Source: Eledone cirrhosa (Eukaryota). Taken from it: a stretch of DNA of 64,000 bases. How positions within the stretch are numbered: the stretch's first letter is position 1; the number at the start of each line of letters is the position of its first letter. Below, piece after piece: positions 54,845 to 64,000 of this stretch. The notes under the pieces were generated by a model. That model saw only the letters and a program-made list of their open reading frames with translations, made no database searches and had not been told where the DNA came from. A program made the translations under genes and the position numbers. The stretch lies in NCBI GenBank assembly GCA_964016885.1, contig OZ024742.1, positions 62,682,001 to 62,746,000 on the forward strand, in the 5' to 3' direction.

Positions 54845-55500
54845 ACAGTTCCTTGTAATGTCTTAATTTTTCATGCTTTTTTAATTCTGTGAAGTCAAGT
54901 TTCTTAAGTTTTGCACTGAGGCAGTTAGTAACATATCTAATTGCCCAAAAGATCACAGGTAGAAATTTAAAGGTAGAGTCATGATCGAGGATCTGCAGAT
55001 TATTAGTTAATGTTCTTCTTTTCAATAACTTCTAACACTATATTAACATCTGCTAGGTAGTTAATTTTAACTATTGTGTATGTCTTATTTTCCCTCTCCC
55101 ATGTCATTAAATCTGGTTTGTTATGTCTATATTTTACTAGAGTTTTGACAAGAACAGTCCAGTTCTCTTTCATATTATGTGTAAGTGTGCTTTCCATTAC
55201 TCTACCTTTTGATATTTTAATTTTCAGGTCTATCTTTTCTACCGATATCATTATGAAGTGTTTGATCACTACATCATGTCACATTGGTACATAGTAACAT
55301 AATGATAATGTTGAACAGCTGCTTAAGATGTAGATGCTATACAAGATGTTTATTCCAATGAATCTGCAATTGTTTTGGCATCAAAGTGTTAAACCAGCAG
55401 CTATACTCTCTTTGAGTATCAGATATTTTATTGGTATTTCCTGTTCCCGTATTGCAAAAATGCATCTTTCAAAATGAGAGCTAATATACCAGTTGTTCGT
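54845..55500 (-). mobile_element. Decayed R4/NeSL-type restriction-like endonuclease fragment
   Basis: HDVV, HNKPDL.TW, IV.I...AD.NI...EK, LQIL..F.FLPVI remnants. Confidence 0.6.
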
Positions 55501-55554
55501 CCAAGATGACTACTTTTTTCATCTATCATATTAAATTGTGTAGCGTTTCTACAA

Positions 55555-55800
55555 TCAAACATTAAGTATCTAGAATTACATTATCTAATGTGTCTTCATT
55601 CAGTCATAATATATCTAAGACTACATTACCTAATGAGTCTTCATACTTAATGTGTCAAACATAATGTATCTAGGGCTACACTACCAAATATATATTTCTG
55701 ACAAACTACAATAACCTTCATTCAGTCATATTATATCTAGAATTACATTATGTAGTGTTTCTACATTCAGGCATTAAGTATCTAGAACTACATTATATAT
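55555..55800. repeat. Degenerate ~45-bp minisatellite
   Basis: Repeated tatctagaattacattat..ttcattcagtcat units. Confidence 0.7.
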
Positions 55801-56018
55801 TGTGTTGATTCTATTTTAATAAGGTAGGGTGTGATATGAGGGGAATTTGGGCTCTAATTTTAGCAGATCAAGTCACTACACAATGGTCTATTTGTTGTCT
55901 TGAGAAGCTTTCTTGTTTGTTTGTTATTTATAAATGTTTATACATGTTGATATATCAGACTTGATATAACTGTTAATGTTATTCTCACATCACTGATTGT
56001 TGGGATTGTTTATTTCAG

Positions 56019-56176
56019 GTAAAAGTGGTTCTTGAAAAAAACAAAACTGAGGTTGTGACAATTACCTTCAATGGAACAGGTTCAGACAAAAAGAACTGGT
56101 TTAAAAAAGATAGAGTTCTACATTTTCCATGGAATGATTTTGGTGACGGATTTGACAAGTTCCAGATGAATTATGG
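56019..56176 (+). CDS. Third coding exon of paralog B (phase 0 to 2); uncharacterised domain seen in mollusc secreted proteins
   Basis: tttatttcag| acceptor, open frame VKVVLEKNKTEVVTITFNGTGSDKKNWFKKDRVLHFPWNDFGDGFDKFQMNYG, |gtatgt donor. The phase fits the undeleted 170-nt exon. Confidence 0.75.
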
Positions 56177-56479
56177 GTATGTCTGTTTTAAATGTCTCAT
56201 TGATACATTTTACTAATAATCATGTGCATGTGAAGTGGATGAAATACACATTCAAGCACGCACACAAACACATATATAGACACACACACCCATAGAGACA
56301 TACACACATAAACACACACAGACATAGACACATACACACACTTAGTCATACACATACACACACATAGAGACACATACACAAACATTGTATCAGAAATAAG
56401 ATCAAACCTTGAGCTGATCAATTACGAAATGCGCATCACACCTCAATGAATGTAATGAAAATTTGACAGTTCGCCCATA

Positions 56480-57600
56480 CTGAGGTTGCGACATCTCTGG
56501 CGCTTCCTTGGCGGTGAACAGGTGTGGTCGCCATTCGACAGGCACGTTTTCCCACAGCTCGTCTCCTTGACAGAGCTGCAGTCCTGGGTCAGGAAAAGAC
56601 TGAGGGATAGTGCTTGGAAACTGGAATGTCTCCAGGTGCTCACTGCCCTCTGCCAGCTGGGCACCAGTATCGGTGGAACAGCCACCTCGGCGTTCTATAG
56701 AGGACTAGTGGAGGGGAAGAGTGACGACGTTCTCGGAGAGATCCTGGGCGTCGAAGAAGATCAGCTGTTTGCTCTCTTCCGGAGAACTTTCAGCCCAGGG
56801 CCTATGGATAACTTCCAAAAATCCCTGGCCTGGCAGTGCTACCGGGGAGCCTTGCCGGTTCGAGATAAGCTCTACAGGCACGGAAGTGCCGTCAGCCGAG
56901 CCTGTCCGAGATGCGCGCAGAGCGACAAAACCGTCGTGCACGCACTCGTTCAGTGCCCGAGCATTGCTGACTTGTGGAGCTATGTTGAACAGTTGCTGTC
57001 GCGTGTAGGACCGATCCGGTTATCGACTGAGTCCATTGTGCAGATGGTCTCACCATCTTCCTTCGAGGAGGAAGGGCAGGCGGTTTTCATCTGCTTGGTG
57101 GCCATGGCGAAAGAGATTGTGTGGTGGACAAGGTTGAAAGGGTTAAAGACAGACACTTTCCTCTTCGGCGAATCCCTAATTAAGTTTTTCAAGTTTGACT
57201 TGAAGAGGAAAATAGGGGTGGAGAGGCAAGTGCTGCCTTCTAACAAGTTTGTTGAAAGGTGGGTGAATGTAGCGAGAATGGTCCGAGTGAACGAGACCGC
57301 TCTGAATATACGCCTGTAGTTCGAGAAATGGAAAAATTGAGAGAGGGCGCTTGCCCTGGTGGTCAGGGTGGCCGTAGTCTTTTGTGTGGTTTTCGCCACG
57401 AGTAATTCCCTATACGGGAATTTTTCATTGTTTCAATTTTCATTTTTATTGTTTATATATATATATATGTTTCTATGTCTTTTTTTTCTTTTCGTTTATA
57501 AATAATAAAAATCTTTACACGCACAAAACCCACATCGTACCGTCCTGTGCCATCTGTAATGTTTTTCTTAGTGTCAGCCCTTGTGGCCAATAAAGAAATC
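56480..57600 (+). mobile_element. Tx1-clade LINE 3' fragment with (ATT)n tail
   Basis: ALPVRDKL, CPRC....TVVHALVQCP zinc knuckle; homologous to 62440-63497. Confidence 0.85.
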
Positions 57601-57616
57601 ATTATTATTATTATTA

Positions 57617-57795
57617 TTGGCAGTATCGGTAGAGGGTCGGATGCCAAGATTTAACGCATAGAGTTACGGCCCTTGCCATTCTGAGTTCAAATCCCGCAGA
57701 GGTTAACTTTGCTTTTCATCCGTATGGGGTCGATAAAATAAAATACTAGTAATACACTGGCTAATTGCTGGCCTTGTGCCAAAAGTCGAAACAAT
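57617..57795 (+). mobile_element. Full-length (ATT)n-flanked tRNA-derived SINE
   Basis: tggcagtatcggtagag A box, gagttcaaatccc B box, 3' ccttgtgccaaaagtcgaaacaattatt. Confidence 0.85.
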
Positions 57796-57810
57796 TATTA
57801 TTATTATTAT

Positions 57811-60800
57811 TGTTCTTTGAGTCTCAGTCATTGATGTTATTTAACTGGAAAGTTTGTTGAAATGAATATCAAGCCACTACCTGCAGCCTCAGATATTCAG
57901 GACGTATCGGAGGGTTCTTGCTGTTCCCAGCAAGCATGCCCTTTAAAGGGTTCCAAAAAGCGGGGCAGGACCAATTTTCTTTAACCATCCTTGGAAACTC
58001 TTTGAGATAGTACCTAGTGCGCCTATGAGAATCGCGACCACTTTGACTTCATGGCAGTTCCAAATCCTTTTTACCTCCCACTTTAAGTCCTGGTATCGGT
58101 TAATTTTCTCCTTCTCCTTCTCTTGCACACTTGTGTCGAATGGGCAGGCTACAATCAGGCACGATCTTGTTTCCTTGTCTAAAACCACCAGGTCAGGTTT
58201 ATTGTGTTCCAGTTTCTGTATCCTAAAATCTGTATCCTAAAATCCCACAGCACCTTCACCTGATCGTTTTCTATCACCGACTCTGGCTTATGCCCATACC
58301 ACTTCTCAGAGTGTGGTGAATTGTTTACTTTGCATAGGTGCCAGTGGATCACCCTGCCCATCACATCATGTCTCCAGCCTTTATAGTGAGTCTGGGCTAG
58401 GTGTTTACACTCGGATACAATGTGAGCCACAGTCTCCTCTCTCTCTCCACAGATCCTACACACTGGGCTAGCCTCCTCCTTGTAGATATGGTGTTTCAGC
58501 CACTTCGTTTTGAGGGCCTGCTCTTGTGCAGCCATTAGCATTCCTTCTGTAGCCTTTTTAAGGTCTCCTCTTTTCAACCAGTTCCATGTCTGTGGATCTC
58601 TAAATTCAGTTTTCTCAAAGAAGGTACTATGAAGGTTGCTCTTTCTCCTTGTTGTTATTTCCTCCTTGGACATCCCCTGGTCTATTGTCCTCTCCTTCAG
58701 TACAATTCTGAGCATTGGCTCCCTACTATCAGTCACGTATTTGTGTAGGTTGTTTTTCTCCATCTGAACATAGTCCTCTATGCTAATAAGACCTCTTCCA
58801 CCTTCAGATCTCCTTAAGTAGAGTCTATCTACATCACTCCTCTTGTGGAACATGTTGTAGATAGTCATGAGCTTCCTAGTCTTCCTATCCATTTCTTTTT
58901 GTTCAGCAACATTCCATCTCAGAATTCCCGCACTGTACCTAATAAAAGACACAGCTCGAGAATTCACTGCACTTATGACAATCCTACTATTTAGATGTGA
59001 CTTTAATACGCTCCTTACTATCCGAATGTATTCAGATCTTATCAATTCCTTCATTTTTTTGTTCTTGATGTCATCAGTCTCCAGAACACCTAAATATTTG
59101 TATCCTTCTTCAGTGTCAATTTCCTTTATCATCTCACCTGTTGGTACCTGGATTCCGTTGCTTCTGCTCAATTTACCCCTCTTCATCACAAGGACTCCAC
59201 ACTTACTAATACCAAATTGCATATATATATCATTGCTGAAAATACGGATAGTGTGAACAAGCAAATCCAACTCCTTCTCACTCTTCCCGAAGAGCTTAAG
59301 ATCGTCCATGAAGAGGAGGTGATTGATGGTAAGCTCTCCCTTTCCCAACTTGTATCCTGCTCTCACTTTTCGCAGTATAATGGTCAGGGGCATCAGGGCA
59401 AGGACAAACAACAGAGGGGACAGACTATCTCCCTGGAAGATACCTCTCTTGATCTTCACGCCTCCCAAGGATTCTCCAGCCAATGTTAACTCTGTTTTCC
59501 AGGACTTCATACTTTTGCTCAACAACTGTCTGCCACCTTGAAGATCTCTAGGCTTTTGGTGATCCAAGAATGAGGTACCATGTCGAATGCCTTTTTGTAG
59601 TCTATCCATCCCATGGCAAGACCAGTGTGTCTCCTCTTGCAGTTCCTCATTACCATCTTATCAATAAGTAACTGGTCCTTTGTACCACAGGACTTCTTTC
59701 GGCATCCTTTCTGTTCGTCTGGTAACAAGTTGTTTATGTGGAGGTGGTGGTAGATTTCCTCAGACACAATGCTTGTTAACAGTTTCCACATTACGGACAG
59801 ACATGTGCTAGGTCAAAAGTTGGTAACATCATTACCCTTGATTCGGTCTTTCATTACCAGAACTGTGGTACCTTTTGTCAACCACTCTGGTACTTCACCT
59901 GACATCAAGCAGTCATTGAACATGGTTGTCAGTTTCAGGTGGAGGGATGTTATATTTTTAATCCAATACCCCTGCACACCATCTGGGCCTGGTGATTTCC
60001 AGTTGGTTAGTTTTTTGGCCTGCCCCTTAAGAGTTTCAACTGTGATACTCAAATCAGTTTGTTGGTGTGCCTGTTCACTAATCTCCTTTTGTACTGTCTC
60101 AATCCACACTGCCTGATCATTATGTTTAACATTCTGCTCCCATATTCCTCTCCAGAATGTCCTAGTTTTGCCTCAGGGATCAAGTCGTTGCCTCTTTCTT
60201 TCCCTTCAAGCTGTCCAAACAACATTTTCTGGTTGTTGTCAAACATGCGGTTCTGTCTATACTGACTGACTCTGCTCTCGTATCGCCTAATCTTTGCACC
60301 TCTTTGCTACAATGCGTTGCTTCAGTTCCTCTATGATAATATTTAGCTTTTTCCTCCTAGTTTTGTACTTTATTTCCAGTCTATTTTTAGTGTCTATGTT
60401 TTTTAGTGTCCCATTCAGTAGGGCCTCAAGCTTTCCAATATCATTTCTCATTTCCCTGTTTTGACCATTCAGTCGTTTCTTCCACCAAGGTTCTGATCTT
60501 TCTTGTTTGTTGTTTCCTCTCACTTTTATGCCAAGTAATTTCCTCATCGCATTTGCTGTTGCTTTGAGGATATTGTTGCACTGGTGAAGGCTCCTCACCT
60601 CAAGGTATGGGATGACTTTGTTACCTTAGCTGTTGTTTCTTTTAACTTTTTCCTGTCTACAAATCTTAGGTTCATAGGTTTCCCACTATCATTGTTCATT
60701 TCATCTACCACTAAGTTTAGGATATCTACCAAATCTTGTCCTAGCCCGTCAGCATTCATTTCCTCAATGGCCGTATCTTTGTTCCAGGTATTATTTATTT

Positions 60801-61702
60801 CAGCATTCAGATCATTGTCTGCTTCGGATGATTCCTCCGTTCTCTCAACCTCTTCACCTTCATTTCCCACTGGCTCCTTTGTCTGGCATACTCCTCTCTC
60901 CATTTCCAACCTAATCTCTCTGCTCAGTTCCTCCAGTTCCAGCTCGCTTATCCATTCATTAGTTCTTATTACCCGAGCCTGCCCGGCCAATTTTTGTTCA
61001 TCTAATTTAAATAGACCAATCTCGTTCCAGATGTTATGCATCCGTTTCCTATAGCCTTTTTCCTTGGGGTTACTCTTCAGGTAACATTGCATAACAGTTC
61101 TATTCAATTCTTTCGTCCAGTTGGTTCTGGTCCCTTTCCTTCTTCTTCTTCCTCCAACACCAGCAGTATTTGGATGACAGCCAGGTCCCTGCTGCTGGGC
61201 CAGGGAGCACCTGCTGGGTGAGAGTCTGTCACATGACATTCCAGTCTCCACTTCACCGTTATTCGAACTGTTTAGGTTCGACATTTAAACACTCATATCG
61301 AGGATTGGGGAATGTATGGTTACATAACTACCGGTGATTTCATCGCCCCCAGTGATTTCATCACCCCCGGTGATTTTAGCGTGGCACCATCACGCTGTAG
61401 ACGAACATAAATAAATAAACAAATAAATACGTAAAAACTTTAAAACAATAAATATAAGTTTCATTGTAATGTTTGAATGTCTGACTTAGTTTTTTTTTTT
61501 TTTGTTTGGTTGTTTGTTTTTTTCCTTTGCGTTTTTCGTTTTACAAGGCCAGTAACATCGGTTACTAGTGTTGTTGTTGCTGCTGCTGCTAAGGGAAGTA
61601 GGGGTTGTTGTGTTCAAAACTTTTGAAATTTGTGTTTGTTGTTGCGTTTGCTTCTGTCTGTGTTCTGTTCTATAATTTTTCGACTTGTTGCTTATCATAA
61701 GC
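57811..61702 (-). mobile_element. R4/Dong-like non-LTR retrotransposon (RT + CCHC + RLE), probably full length, frameshifted, between (TAA)n tracts
   Basis: [67 protein letters not shown]...ETVAHIVSEC, RHD, LWDF, CPFD..EK..RYQDL; ORF start 61284; 5' boundary inferred from the (TAA)n tract. Confidence 0.85.
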
Positions 61703-61726
61703 ATTATTATTATTATTAAAATGGCA

Positions 61727-63497
61727 GCGACATCTGCTCTGTGGTGAGAGTGAACGGTCACCTTTCAGAACCGTTCAGCATCATGCGCTCGGTTCGCCAA
61801 GGATGTCCCCTCTCGTCCCTCTTGTACGTATTGACTCTCGAGCCATTACTGCACAAACTGGAGGGTTGAGGGCGTCCCGCGCGAACTAAGATGCGGAAGA
61901 TCCGTGTCAGCATATGCGGACGATGTGACCGTAGTGGTGTCGAAAGCCAAACACATCGAGGCGATCGGCACTACACTAAGAGAATACGAAGCGGTGACAG
62001 GAGCAATGATCAACCAGGAAAAGTCAGTGGGCCTGAAGCTCGGCACCTGGAGAGGTAGGTCCATGCCGTCCAACAGCGTCGTCGGGCGCTGGACGGACGG
62101 ACCGGTTAAATTGCTAGGGGTCTGGTTCGGTCCGGACCTCCAGACGGACAAAAACTGGGACGAGGCGACGAACAGGGTGGCTTCTCTCACCCAGAAATGG
62201 GCGGAGAGGAAGCTATCCCGGAAAGGTCGAGCGGAGGTGGCTAACGCGTACATCGCGTCCGTCATCTGCTACCGCCTGACCGTCGTACCTTGTCCTAAGC
62301 CCCGCCTGACTGCGCTGGAGCGTTTGCTCTTTCGCTTTTTGTGAAAGGGACGCGCTCCGATGGTCAGGCGGTCCATCTGTTGTCAACACCCGCTACGTGG
62401 AGGGCTGGGCATGCCGTGGCTGATGATGCGCAGACACGCGCTCAGGCTACGATATCTCCACCTCTTCCTCGACGGTGATCAGGTGTGGTCGCCGTTTGCT
62501 AGACGCGTCTTTCCCCAGCTCGTTTCCTTGACGGAGCTGCAGTCCTGGGTCAAGCGAAGACCGAGAGGGAGCGCTTGGAGACTGGGATATCTTCAGGTGC
62601 TCACAGCCCTCGACCAATCGGGCAATGTGGTCGGTGGAAACTCCACCTTGGCGTTCTATAGAGGATTAGTGGACTAGAAGAGCGACGACGTACTTGGAGA
62701 AACTCTAAGCCTCGACGAAAATCAACTAGCCAATCTCTTCGGAAGAACTTTCGGGCCGGGGCCTATGGCTACCGAGGAGCCTTGCCAGTTCGGGATAAAC
62801 TCTACAGGCATGGAGGTGCCGTCAGCCGGGCATGTCCGTGATGCGCGCAGGGCGACGAAACCGTCCTGCACGCACTCGTCCAGTGTCCGAGAATTGCTGA
62901 CTTGTGGGTTTATGTCGAACACCTGCTGTCGAGTGTAGGACGGATCCGGCTATCAGCTGAGTCCATCGTGAAGATTTCCCCGCCCTCTTCCTTTAGCCGG
63001 GAAGGGCAGGCAGTTTTTATCTGTCTGGTGGCCATGGCGAAAGAGATAGTATGGTGGACACGTTTGAAAGGGCTGAAGACGAGCACTTACCTCTTCGGTG
63101 ATGCCTTGATTAACTTTTTCAAATTTCATTTGAAAAGGAAAATCAGGGTAGAGAGGGAAGTGCTCTCTTCCCAGCATTTTGTTGAAAGATGGGTGAGAGA
63201 AGCAAGAATGGCCCGAGTGAATGGGCCTACTCTGAGTATGTGTCTGTAAATTAAAGGTGGAAAACTGGGAGAGGGCACTTGCCCTGGTGGTCAGGGTCAC
63301 TGTGGCCTTTTAATGGGCTTTCTCCACAAATGTCCCTCCGAATTCTCCCCCCTATTGGGGAATTTTTCATTGTTATTTTTATTACATCCTCTGTTTTTGT
63401 TTTTTACACGCAGAAATGCCCATTTGTACCGTCCTGTATTGTCCTGTACTATCCTTAATGTCTACTTTATGTAAACCCTTGTGGTTAATAAAGAAAG
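61727..63497 (+). mobile_element. 5'-truncated Tx1-clade LINE with 19-bp TSD
   Basis: [27 protein letters not shown] motifs; TSD TATTATTATTAAAATGGCA at 61708-61726 and 63498-63516. Confidence 0.9.
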
Positions 63498-63507
63498 TAT
63501 TATTATT

Positions 63508-63660
63508 AAAATGGCAAGGGCATAGAGTTACGGCCCTTGCCATTCTGAGTTCAAATCCCGCCGAAGTTAACTTTGCCTTTCATCCTTACGGGGTCGATAA
63601 AATAAAGTACTAGTAATGCACTGGGATAATTGCTGGCCTTGTGCCAAAAGTAGAAACAAT
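63508..63660 (+). mobile_element. 5'-truncated SINE with (ATT)n tail to ~63701
   Basis: Matches 57656-57795; begins with a short inversion (aatggcaaggg, complementary to cccttgccatt). Confidence 0.85.
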
Positions 63661-64000
63661 TATTATTATTATTATTTTTATTATTATTATTATTATTATT
63701 ATCGGCCTGATCGGATGTCTTTTTGCTCGTTCCCGTAAGTCTCTTTATTTACCTGTCATAAATCATTTATTGTAATTTGTTGTTGTCGTATAAGGGACAT
63801 AAGCCCTTGGACTTTGCCCTGTGAAGGGGAAAGTATAATATTTGGGCCTTTTGGCCCAAATATTTGAAGTTTTTACTTTTAAAAATTATCAAATAAAGCA
63901 TGGTTGAGCCACCCCGTGATATGTCTGCTGTCGTGTGACAACGGCGTAAAAGTTGAGAGGAGGGTTATGGCGAACACAGAAATTGATACAACAAACTCCA

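Overview
AT-rich eukaryotic (animal) DNA made almost entirely of transposable elements and (TA)n/(CA)n/(GA)n/(ATT)n microsatellites. The SINE motif 'tttcatccttacggggtcgataaaataaagtac' resembles octopus SINEs, so a coleoid cephalopod is my guess (from recall, not a search). Contents: at least six decayed Penelope-like elements (PLEs; Naiad-like and Neptune-like GIY-YIG), RTE, CRE, R4/Dong and Tx1 non-LTR retrotransposons, Chapaev3, hAT and Helitron-like DNA elements, and tRNA-derived SINEs. One host gene family is present as two divergently oriented paralogous copies (signal peptide + PAN/apple exon + an uncharacterised lophotrochozoan-type domain), and both look damaged within this window. The main signal the ORF track misses is RNA-level: about 25 complete, variant or half type-I hammerhead ribozyme (HHR) motifs from roughly a dozen unrelated short repeat families. 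These include ORF-less tandem retrozyme-like arrays, several families using a U3:A8 covariant core (UUGAAAA...GAAA CCGG UA), and fold-back insertions whose apex lies in HHR stem II. A SINE appears to share its 3' end and (ATT)n target with a Tx1 LINE. All alignments, folds and coordinates were done by eye and may be off by a few nt; no ribozyme activity is demonstrated.
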